Source: Eledone cirrhosa
Lineage: Eukaryota
Direction of reading: 5' to 3'
NCBI GenBank assembly: GCA_964016885.1
Contig: OZ024740.1
Location: 169,074,001 to 169,138,000 of the forward strand
DNA: 64,000 nucleotides
Position 1 is the first letter of the stretch. The number at the start of each line of letters is the position of its first letter. A program made the translations under genes and the position numbers. The notes under the pieces were generated by a model. The model did no database searches, had not been told where the DNA came from, and saw nothing but the letters and a program-made list of their open reading frames with translations. Positions 35,917-46,944 of this stretch are shown in pieces.

Positions 35917-37442
35917 CAGCAACAAGCCACAGGCACATATAGTAGGCCAGCTATCATTGTATCTGGTTATAGTAAATTCATCTAAAAAATCAATTACATT
36001 GGTTATCATAGTAAATTAATTATTTTTCTTCTAAGAGAGAAAAAAAAGAAGCTATTTTGAAGATATTCAAAATCAAAGCAGTTTTTTGATATTACCTGCT
36101 CAATACAGCTTAAAACAGCTCAGCCTATCTCAAGACAGAACAAGTCAGAAATAATTAAAAAAAATACCTTTGAACAAGTAAGTAACAAAATGTTAGCAAA
36201 CGTTCTTTTCCACTCAAGCCATTTTGTCTGTATTCTAGTTATAGTATGAAAAAACAACGAATAGGCTAATAGGCTACGTAGCCGCTAAACCTTAGGGACG
36301 CAACACACACATCGCTATAACGTTTCACCGGCCCCTTCCTTCCTCAATTATTACAGAGATGTGTGTGTATGTAATAATTATTTTGTATAATGTATCTATT
36401 TATGAATATGTATGAGTAGATATGTGTGTGCGTGTATGTATGTGTGGGTTTGCACTTCAGTTGTCTGTATCTGTTTATATATTTATGTGTAGATGTGTGC
36501 GTATGTAACTAAAGCATAATGTACATTACAAATGGATGACTAAATGATTTTAACTTGTTTTTTAACAATTGATGGTAGAAAAGATTTCAAATTGTCTTAA
36601 CTTAAAGGGTCACAACTCATGGTGTCTGACACTCTTACCGGCTACATAGTCTGGGAGTCTATTTTACCGGGACCAACTACATAGCCTCTTCCAAAAACAA
36701 ACTGTCAATTTTTTCTATATATATAATCTAACAAGATCCAGCATAAATCTTTGAAATTAAAATTTTATGAATTTTTATTATCTCTATAACTATAAAATAA
36801 ATATGAATTCAAATAAATACATTGATTTTATAATTGACAGTTGAATGTTTTTGATATGAAATATCAAGTAAAGTATAAAGTAGTTTCTCTCCCCTTCACA
36901 AAGATAAAACAAATGAACCAATCAGAATGAAGCCTGTTAAGAACAATAGGGTTTTTTTTTTTTTATTAGTGTCAACTTAACTTTTATGAAAGATTGTTGG
37001 ATGTCAATCGGCAGTTTCTCATAGATGGATTTGGTTCAGCCCCTGATCAACCCTGATTTAGCAGATATGATCAAATACATTTCAACTGAGATCACCCTGT
37101 ATATCTATAGGTATGTTGGCCTGAACTATCTGACATTTATTTCCATTATCTAATAAAGTAAGGTTGTGAGTTAATAGCAATTTGGCTGCTATTTTTAGCA
37201 AATTGAGTGACTATATAGATGCTCTCTCGTTTGCTTGTCAACCCATCAAATTCCACTCAAGGGTAGTAACAAAGAAAGCAATATTTTCTTGTAGTGAGAT
37301 CAGTTAAAATGTTTGGTTATCTTTTGAGCCTCTTTAAATGTCTTGGTCATACACTTATTTTAGAGAGATTTTATGTATTCATATGTTTGATATAAACACA
37401 CACTCATACAGACACACAACAGCACACACAGATATACATATA

Positions 37443-37768
37443 TCCACGGGTACAAGCCGAAGCTGAAGCATATAGACAATATGCCCCCACACCCTCCCAC
37501 TGCAAAGTGGTCATGGAGGTGCCATGGCAAAAAAGCACTCAGCCCACACTGTAAAGTGGACATGTAGGCGCCACGGAAAAAAAGTACCCAGCACTCACTG
37601 TAAATGAGGTTGGTGTTAGGAAGGGCATCCAGCTGTAGAAATCAAGCCAGAATCAGTTCCCGTATGAGCAAGACAAGGTCAGCCGACCGGACACTGCCCA
37701 CAACAGGACAACCCGTCTAACCCATGCTACCGTGGAAGAACAGACGTAAAATGGTGATGATGATGATA
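37443..37768 (+). mobile_element. RTE LINE 3' UTR fragment
   Basis: Near-identical to 43670-43990. Confidence 0.8.
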
Positions 37769-37889
37769 TATGTATACACTACATAATATGCATACATACC
37801 CATAAGCATAGTTCCATACATTTGTGTCATACCCCATCTCTATGTTTGTGTATTTATATTGTTCAGTATTGTATAATATTATTTGAAAA

Positions 37890-38080
37890 GTGCGGTGGAT
37901 TGGCAGTATCGGTAGAGGGTCGGACGCCATGCTTTCCAGCATAGTTACGTCCCTTTATGGTCTGAGTTCAAATCCCGCCGAGGTTGACTTTGCCTTTCAT
38001 CCTTACGGGGTCGATAAAATAAAGTACCAGTAATGAACTGGGTAATTGCTGGCCTTGTGCCTAAAGTAGAAACAATTATT
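37890..38080 (+). mobile_element. Second-family tRNA-SINE, near full length (AAT-tailed)
   Basis: A box TGGCAGTATCGG, B box GTTCAAATC, conserved body gaggttgactttgcctttcatccttacggggtcgataaaataaagtacc; further copies near 545, 1020, 41030, 50025, 55955, 62460 and 63770. Confidence 0.82.
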
Positions 38081-38379
38081 TGAAAAGTGCTGTTTTATTT
38101 CATTTGTCCCTGAGGCAAATAAAGAATATATTGTTGTTGTATGGCAGAATCAGCAGATCAGTGGATTTAAAGCTCTGTGGTATTTAGCTATGACCCGTTA
38201 AATTCAATTTCCAAATATTAATTATCCTGATTTAGAATGTCCTCCTCATGGGGTAAGTGATATTCACACACTGATATTGACAATGTCAATGTGAGAAACC
38301 ATTTTTTGCATGATTTAACTATACTACCGCGTGTTTTTACAACACTACTGCATATTTTTACTACACCACTACATATTTT

Positions 38380-38854
38380 TTGGAATAGGCTATGTAGCAG
38401 GTCCCAGTAAAATAGCCAAATATGCATTTAAACTTATTTTACCGGTAAACCTGAAAGGGATGCAACTCTAGCTGGGGGTCCCGGAAGCTTATTTTACTGC
38501 TAAATAATAGTGTTTTAGAACCCAGGTAGTGACTACTGTCTTTAACTCAGGTTATGACTTTCTGCTAAAATTTTTAATTTTGAAAATATTTAACTCTGTT
38601 AAAATTCTCATACCATGGAACTTAAGATGTGTGTGTATGTAACTAAAGCATAACGTACGCTATGAATGGGTGAAACACAAGCAGAATTATAAGATGATTA
38701 ATGATTTAAACTTGTTTTTTAACAATTGATGGTGGAAAAGATTTCAAATTGTCTTAACAATTGTCTTCACTCAGGCCTCAACTCATTGTGTCTGACACTG
38801 GCTAAATAGCCTGTGAGTCTATTTTCCTGGGACCGGCTACATAGTCTCTTCCAA
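38380..38854. mobile_element. Non-autonomous DNA element with about 35-bp imperfect TIRs
   Basis: tggaataggctatgtagcaggtcccagtaaaatag pairs with ctattttcctgggaccggctacatagtctcttcca; partial second copy at 36490-36695; flanked by a 20-bp tandem repeat. Confidence 0.6.
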
Positions 38855-39059
38855 ATTTTTACTACAATACTGCATGTTTTACTACAATACTGCATGTTTT
38901 ACTACATTATTGCATGCTTTTACAACACTACTAAATGCAGTTCTGTGCACTTTGTACCAATAGTACCTAGTAGTTCTATTTCCTATATGTTGTGTATATA
39001 TTAAATCTGGGAATTTTTGTTATGCATTTATATATTTTTAAATAACAACCTTGGCACCT

Positions 39060-39290
39060 ATAATCATAGGGATTGATTCTGTTTTCTGTGCCTACGTTTT
39101 ATTTCCAGATTTTTAGACTTGGATAATTTCTTCAATTCTTTGAGAGGTACATTATTACCTGTTGTTACTGATACTTCTATTAAGAGGCACTTACTATCCT
39201 GTTGGTCTCTAACAGCAATATCTAGCTGATTAGCATTTATCTCCATGTCTGTGAAGATTAGCATATCTCAGAGTATGGCTGCTCCTTTAT
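39060..39290 (-). mobile_element. Old R4/Dong-like endonuclease fragment
   Basis: INANQLDIAVRD...CLLIEVSV...KELKKLSK, homologous to 8134-8330. Confidence 0.65.
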
Positions 39291-39574
39291 CTATATATTT
39301 CTTCTTTTTTTTATTTTTTATTTTTTAGCCCTTGGTGTACTTCCTCATCCTTGCTTTACCAACTTGTGTATTTCCGGGTTCTTACTCTATATTGTTAGGC
39401 TACATAATTCTACCTCTAATCACATTCATTCTTATGTAGTTAACACAATAGTATACTTGCTCTAATTTAACCTTTCAAACTAGGGTTTAGTCTACATGTG
39501 ATATTATTCCTTATCTGTATGGGAAGCATGGTTTTCATAAATTTGGCTATTTGCATATTGTAGTATCATTTGTC

Positions 39575-40505
39575 TTTAGAGATAGAAGCCTTTTCCAAAG
39601 ATCTTGCTTGCAGTCTGACCTGGACACAATGCAACAATGGATCTCAGACTGGCAACTCAAGCTAGCTGTGGACAAGTGCACCACCATGCATTTTGGGAGT
39701 AAAAACCCAGCGTCCACATACTCCCTCCACAGCACTAATATCAAGAAGTCTTCTTGTGGACGTGACCTGGGCATTACGGTCAGCAGCGATTTGCGTTGGA
39801 CGAAGCACATCTCTAAAATTGTCAAGAGGGCCGAGGGTGTTTAGCATCACTCAGCAAGACCTTTGTCAGCCGCTCTCCAGCTATCTATTTAAGGCTGTAC
39901 ATGGCTATGGTGCGGCCACACTTAGAATTTGCATCACCAGTCTGGAACCCCCTATCTTGCTCAGAACATTGACTGCCTGGAAACTGTTCAGAGACGTGCA
40001 ACCAAGCGAATACCCTCCATCAGGCATCTACCATACTCTGCGCCTTGCTTCTCTGGGCATGGATACATTGAAGCTCCGACGCCTGGCAAGTGACTTGGTA
40101 AACACCCACAAAATTGTTAACCATCTTGCCAACAACAACCCTGAGTATCTTTTTGATTTCCATGTGTCTAACACACGTGGGCATGCCCACAAAGTCAGAA
40201 AACAGCACAGTTCCCATGACTTTTGGAAACATATTTTCACGCTCAGAGTTGCTGAAGCATGGAACAAACTACCTGCATCGGTTGTTAGCTGTCGAGACAC
40301 TGCATCCTTTAAGGCCTCCATGCTTCCCGAGATTCGCCAACACTACACCTAATGTTCCCCCTCCATACACATACACACATGTATATCATGACTATTCACT
40401 TCCCTGACATTTGTGTATTATTCTATGTACTATACATGCACCTTTGACGAGTTGTAGTGCACCTGAACACTTCACACAATAATTTCATTATATTATATCA
40501 TTATA
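39575..40505 (+). mobile_element. CR1-clade LINE, 5'-truncated
   Basis: LQSDLDTMQQW...DKC, same family as 4980-5768, TRGHAHKVRK, RVAEAWNKLP. Confidence 0.9.
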
Positions 40506-41844
40506 TAACCATTTTAAGTGCAAATAGTAGTTATTCTTGTTGGCAGGTAAACTAAAAATAAAGTAATTTTCTTCAACAAAATCATTTGATGAGTAGTCCA
40601 GAACATTAAACTAACTGTTGCCATGCCACTGTTTACAGAGCTACAAGCTAACTACTCTTCAGTCAAATGTTTAATACCTTACCTTATTTGTCTATTAATT
40701 CAATTTCTTCCTTCAGAACAATTGTCATAACACAAAAACCACATCGGAGAGAAAAAAGGAGAGTGTGATGCACAAGGCAACTGTTTTTTAATGTAACCTT
40801 GGGTTGATCAGTGCCTGCTGAATGGAATTTGGTAGATGGAAACTATATGAAAGACTGTTATATATATATAGTGACTCTCATGTAACAAATGATATTTTAA
40901 TCAGTCACTGTTTTGGGATAAGCATACTTGCAGCCACTATGGCTATGTAAACAGAACCCAAAACTGTTTAGTCATGCTTTAACAAAACGGCAGCAAGATT
41001 CTGCTTTTCTTTTCAGGTATTCTAAAATATTGGTTTCTGAATTAGGCACAAATCCAACAATTTTGGGGGAGGGGAAGGTCGACTGAATCGAACCAGTGCA
41101 TTACTGGTACTTTATTTTATCGACCCCATAAGGATGAAAGGCAAAGCTAATCTCAACAGGATTTGAACTCAGATCGTAAAGGGTCGTAACTCTTTGCCAT
41201 AAAGCATGTTGTCTGACGCCCCACTGATACTACCAATCCACTTGATTACACATTTGATTTTATAAACCGGAATATAAGCATATTTTTTTATCAATACATT
41301 TATATAAACTTTGTTTTTACTAATGGTGTAATTTGAAATTGATATTTTTCTAAGCATAAATTAATATCTATTTCAAATTTGAACTTCACAACTTTTGGAA
41401 GGAAAAATACTCTTTAACTACCAGGGCCAGATTTAGACCTGTGTGTGTGGGGGGAGGGGGGTCACTTCAGGTTCTCATATGCAAAAAATTATAATACACA
41501 GCAAACACCCAATTTTACATATTAAAGTTGGCTTGGTGCAAGTAATTGGAATTGAAAAGTTATACATACAAGTATTAAATTAAAAAAATCTAACCATCCT
41601 CTTTTTACGTCCACTTTCCATACTGGCATGTGTTGGTCAAGGATGTATGTGTCTGTGAGTTCGTGTTGGCTTTTCATCTTTAAATTAAAACAGTTCCAAA
41701 ATATCACTGACCTGTTGCTAAATTTGACTCTCTCACTTTCTCTTTCATTCCATCCAGAGTATCAGAACTCACTTCTTAGCCATAATAAAGAATATATACA
41801 TATGTATACATAATGAGAGAGACAGTATATATATATATATATAT

Positions 41845-42370
41845 CATCATTATCATTTTTATGTCCATTTTTCCATGCTTGCATGGGTTGGACGGGTCCT
41901 TCTCAGCATGGCATCTCTCCACATGTTACATTCCTTCGTCATCTCCTCTGCCAGTCTTAGTAATTTGAGGTCCGCTCTCACAACCTCTTCCCAGGTCATT
42001 CTCCGTTGTCCTCCATTGTGGCAGTTCTCTAAACTTCTTCCATCCTATCCTTATTCTAGCTATTATACTCTCAGTGCACTCTCCTCTGTTGCTAATGAGG
42101 TCACCGAGATAGCAGACACTATCAACCACGTCTATGGATCATTGCTGTGACTGGTAAAGGTTTATATCATTAGCAGTCTTCTTCACGATTTCTCCTGTGC
42201 ATCTTCTACAAGCAAGGTTCTCCTGTTAGTCTACTCGTTATCCCACTACATCTTTTGTGTACCCAAGATTTATATTGTGTACATTGTATGGAGTTTATGC
42301 CTACTCCTTTTCTGCATATTAAGCATGGTCCCTTAGGGAATGTGGGTGCTGTCTTCTCTCATACTCATTA
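41845..42370 (-). mobile_element. Deleted RTE LINE fragment
   Basis: Minus strand reads CLICRKGVGINSIQC...WVHKRCSG and VDSVCYLGDLIS...GWKKFREL. Confidence 0.7.
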
Positions 42371-42417
42371 CCACTTATATATATACATATGTGTGTGTGT
42401 GTATATATATATATATA

Positions 42418-42952
42418 TTAGAATTGGTGCTCTGAAATAGCGATATATATATGAATGTATATATATAGTGTATTTTGCAATATACTGTATGCTTAATTAA
42501 AAGCATTTTGAAGACCTTACGCTATTGTTTTAAAGTAGTGACAATGTCACTTACTTCTTTTTTCAGTAAACAAAGGGAGATAAGCTGACAGATCTCTGTT
42601 TCGTACTGATGGTACTCCTCAGAACTTACCATTCCCTTTGCCTGCTGAAAATTATGAATGTTGGATTCTTATAGAATTCCAGTAATAATTGGGAACTGAT
42701 TATACAGAGCGGTTGCCGGTCAAGCAAAAATTGAAAATTAGAATTGGTGCTCTGAAATAGCGATATATATATATGAATGTATATATAGTGCATTTTGCAA
42801 TACACTGTATGCTTAAGTAAAAGCATTTTGAAAACCTAACGCTATTGTGTGACATAGTCACTACTTTTAAACAATAGTGTAAGGTCTTCAAAATGCTTTT
42901 AATTAAGCATACAGTGTATTGCAAAATACACTACATACACATTCATATATAT
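42418..42952 (-). mobile_element. Hammerhead-bearing repeat family A: 320-bp unit, partial second unit and inverted segment
   Basis: ttagaattggtgctctgaaatagcg at 42418 and 42738; 42850-42950 is an inverted copy of the unit's first part; begins next to (TA)n. Confidence 0.75.
42579..42630 (-). ncRNA. Minimal type I hammerhead ribozyme (repeat family A), intact
   Basis: Minus strand reads GGUAAGUU-CUGAGGA-GUAC caUca GUAC-GAAA-CAGA ga UCUG-UC-AGCUUAUC: 8-bp stem I, complete core, 4-bp stem II, GUC cleavage triplet. Confidence 0.85.
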
Positions 42953-43989
42953 GGGTACACAAGAGATGTAGTGGGATCTCAGGAAGCTTAATTAAGAATG
43001 AAGGCTTCACATGCAGCAGCTGTACTGGGACAGCAAGCAGCAAACAGCCACAGGAAACAAGTACCACCAATCTCTGGGAGGGCCCTGTAGAAACAGTAGA
43101 CAGCTTCTGCTACCTAGGTGACCGAATTAGCAGCGGAGGTGGGTGTTCAGAAAGTACAATAACTAGGGTAAGAACGGGATGGAAGAAGTTTAGGGAACTA
43201 CTGCCACTGCTAGCTGCAAAAGGCTTCTCCCTCAGAATGAAAGGCAGACTGTATGATGCGTGTATCCGAACAGCGATGTTGCATGGTAGTGAGACCTTGG
43301 CGCTGAAGGTGGAAGACTTACGTAGATTAGAGAGAAACGAAGCCTGCATGCTCCGATGGATGTGTAACAGTAATATACGTGAACGACAAAGCATAAATGA
43401 ATTGAGAGAGAGACTGAGCATAAGAGGAATCAAATACTGTGTGCAGGAGAGGCGGTTGCGCTGGTATGGACATGTGATGCGTATGAAGGATGACAGCTGC
43501 ATAAAAAGGTGCAGAGCAGTAGAAGTCGATGGAAACCGCGGAGTGGGGAGACCCAAGATGACCTGGGATGAGGTGATAAAAGCCGACCTTACCCAATTAC
43601 ACCTCTCAAAGGCAATGACACATGACCGTGACCTCTGGCATCATGCAGTAATACAGAGTACCCGACCTCCCGTGGGTACAAGCTGAAGCATATAGACAAT
43701 ATGCCCCCCCCCCCACCGCAAGGTGGTCGTGGAGGGGCCACGGCAAAAAAGCACCCAGCCCACACTGTAAAGTGGACGTGTAGGCGCCACGAAAAAGCAC
43801 CCAGCACTCACTGTAAATGAGGTTGGTGTTAGGAAGGGCATCCAGCTGTAGAAATCAAGCCAAATCAGTTCCTGTATGAGCAAGGCATGGTCAGCCGACC
43901 AGACACTGCCCACAACAGGACAACCCGTCTAACCCATGCTAGCGTGGAAGAACGGACGTAAAACGGGGATGATGATGATGATGATGATG

Positions 43990-43990
<1 letters not shown>
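42950..43990 (+). mobile_element. RTE LINE 3' portion (open for about 245 codons) plus 3' UTR
   Basis: WVHKRCSGI...FCYLGD...RRLRWYGHVMRM...GRPKMTW; tail ends in (GAT)n. Confidence 0.9.
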
Positions 43991-44031
<41 letters not shown>

Positions 44032-45745
44032 AAAAGGTAAACAGAAATAACAAAGCAAACGACACAGTATATTGAAGAAATATATTAGTTTACTGCTTGA
44101 AATAGCAGGAAAAGAGTCTTAAAGTTTTAAATACTAGTCCTTCATCTGAAGATAGAATTTGAAATAGAAGATAAAAAGAAAGAGAAAGACTGAGAAGAGG
44201 AAGGGATGGAGGAAAAATGAGAAAAAAAGGGAAAAAAAACACACAGGAAAACAGACACATACACAAATACACACACACATGTGCACACACATAAATGATT
44301 GTTGATAACAATTTGATGTTTCTAAAGTTGAGAAAATTTAATGAATTTTGCCACAGTAAGGAAATTAGATACATTTTGTTAAAAATATAGTTCTCATTGT
44401 CAAATGAATAAAACTAAAAAGCCCAGCAGACGACACAAATAAATTGCTACGGCTGTTGTTGGTGAGGCCCCTTTGTTGCAGAGTGGGGGGTGGGAGCGAT
44501 TTCCCCCAGTAAATCCAGCCCTGTTAACATCATTAAAAATTAGTAACACACACTCTATCTCTTTTATCATATGTTACAAGAATGTTTTCCTATAACCTTC
44601 CTTCCTTGGTCCCTCAACTTTTGTTGGAGTTGTAGTGGTGCCATTGTAACATTATATGTCTGAACATTGCTGACCTTTAACTGTATGTCTTTTTTCTTTA
44701 TTTCATTTTTCATTTTCCATACTTTCATGCTCTTCACTTTTCTTCCTCGAACAATCCTCTTCTCTTTTCTATTGTTTGAAATTTACCTATCAATAAAAAA
44801 TATAACCTTCTTCTAATTGGCCATTTCCTGAAAACCTAATTTCTGATATTTTTCTGTGATAAGAGACAAGCTATGATAGCTGACCTGCATTCAGGATTAT
44901 GTTTTGTATCCTGCAGAGTTCTGATACTCATTGAAGCTATTTACATTTTGTTATGGAGGCAAAGGAGGGATGCCTAGTCACCTGCACCTGATGACCAAGT
45001 TAATCATGGGCAAACAATTTTCAGGCCTCATTTTCTTGACCCCTCCTCTAAAAAGGAAACCAATGTTATCCTAAAAAGGGTTGCTTTGTTGTGAAAAAAG
45101 GACACAAATCTAACAGTAGCCTCCTCTGCCTGCATCCATTGCAATTCCTTCATCCCCATAGTATTTAAGCGGCACACAAGATTATAAAGTATTTGCTGAA
45201 CAACCTGCTCAAATGATTTGCTTACAGTGGTCAGTTGTCTGTGCCACATAACGCGCACTCTTTCCATTATAATCATCAAGTCTTGTACTGGTGCACAATG
45301 TGTCACATGTCAAATGATGCTATAATCGCAGGCTTTAGGATTAAGAGTACCCCATCTCCTAGGCTGGTTGTCTTAATGAGACTAGAGTTCAGCCTACCCC
45401 ATCGAGAGCAAAAAAAAAAGTTTGAAATGTTTAGAAAGTTTAAAAATTATAAAAGTTTTCAAAGTTACAAATGTTTAAAAAAGTTATAGTAGTTTAAAAA
45501 GTTTTAATAAAAAAAAAATACCCACACGCCCACAACATACATATGTACATACAATGGGATGGCCGTTGACTCTCATGAGTTCCTCTGCTCTTTGAGGGGT
45601 TTTATTTTTCATCCGACAGAGTACCGAAAACCACCGTCTTTACCTAGCAGCTTGGTGGGGTTGCTGGTTTAGTTGCTGACAACCTGATCATGTGACAGGT
45701 TGTACTGGGTTATATGTTACCAGTAGCACTCAAGAGTGACCTGAC

Positions 45746-45794
<49 letters not shown>

Positions 45795-46739
45795 ATACTC
45801 TCAATACATGGTATAACGTATTTTGTTAATTTAAAATTAATTATTTTTCTTATGAGTTGAGTTTCACAAAAATGTGATCATCACACAAGAACTGAATTAT
45901 ATATATATTAGAGTGTGTTCATTCTTTTGTCTCTTGCTGTTGTTTTCATTTGTAGTTGATATTTAATATTACTCTGCTGATTTGAATTAGGGCTGGATGT
46001 TCAGGGAGCTGCTCACACAAACGGTCTTCCTCTGAAGTTATCATCGTTGTTTTTTTTATGTATACTTTTCCCATGCTTGTATGTGTTGGGAAGACTTTTT
46101 GAGCCAGGTTTTCTATGATCAGATGTACTTCCTGACACTAACTCAGACCTTATTTTTTTTAGTATTGTATATGCTGCTAACAATCATTGACCTACTGAGC
46201 TGTGGTATGTTAAAAAAATGTGCTGATGCCTGGGCATGAATGAGGGAAATCTATTGAAATTGGTGGGAAATGAGGTAGCCATGAACAAATGGATATGTAA
46301 TGTTAATCTACTGGAAAAACAGAGCAGAAGTGACCTATGAGAGTGGCTGATGTGCAACAGCATGTGAAAGCCGATGGCTTAGGGGTTAGCATGCTTGTCT
46401 CTCGATCGCAAGTATTACAAATAGTCGGCTTTGTCATACAGTGTCATGTTGAACCTCTGTGAACTACGTAAAGGATGCAAGTGTCTATTAAATGCTCAAC
46501 CACTTACATTTTAATTTCCTGAGCAGGTTGTTCCATTGTTCAAGCAATTTTAACACTTATCGCTAGAACTGACGGAGGTCTAACACAATGCAATACGCAC
46601 ACAGTTGGTGTCATCCAAATTTTAGTGTTTATATTATATTTATACAACTACACTTGTAAAGTAAACTAAAATAAAATTGATAAGAATTTGATAAAATTTG
46701 GAGAATTTAGTAGTTTCTTTTCATCAAGGGAGAGAACTC

Positions 46740-46908
46740 TATAATCTCGTTACGTTTTGATATTGACCTCTCTAATTTCCATAGACATCACAGCAATCAT
46801 ATGACTGAAACAATTCCGCCTAGTTACGGAAACGTGCTTCAACAGTTCTTTTCAAAGCTGTTGATTGCCACCCCGTACACTATTTAAGCAACATAATCTC
46901 ATTCCGTA
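46740..46908 (+). promoter_or_regulatory. Probable TMEM192 promoter/5' UTR at the start of a CpG-retaining region (about 46.7-49.8 kb)
   Basis: CpGs are visibly more frequent and transposons scarcer here than in the flanks; directly upstream of exon 1. Confidence 0.45.
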
Positions 46909-46944
46909 ATGGTTAGTTTAGCTGATAACACTGGGAACTCAGGG
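46909..46944 (+). CDS. TMEM192: TMEM192 coding exon 1 (MVSLADNTGNSG)
   Basis: ATG at 46909 followed by a strong donor GGG|gtaagt; phase 0 joins exon 2 in frame. It lies at the start of a CpG-retaining, repeat-poor region. Confidence 0.7.

Larger units (their letters stand above)
41422..44523. mobile_element. hAT-like non-autonomous element inflated by nested insertions
   Basis: TIRs CAGGGCCAGATTTA and TAAATCCAGCCCTG; flanking 8-mers TTAACTAC and TTAACATC (6/8 identical, decayed TSD). Confidence 0.65.

Noticed and set aside
35369-36009. ORFs rich in YI/CV/HT repeats (also poly-I, poly-D and poly-H ORFs elsewhere)
   Set aside because: They are translations of microsatellites.
44984-45027. CTGATGA...GCAAAC hammerhead-like string
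   Set aside because: GAAA is broken, and stems I and III do not pair convincingly.
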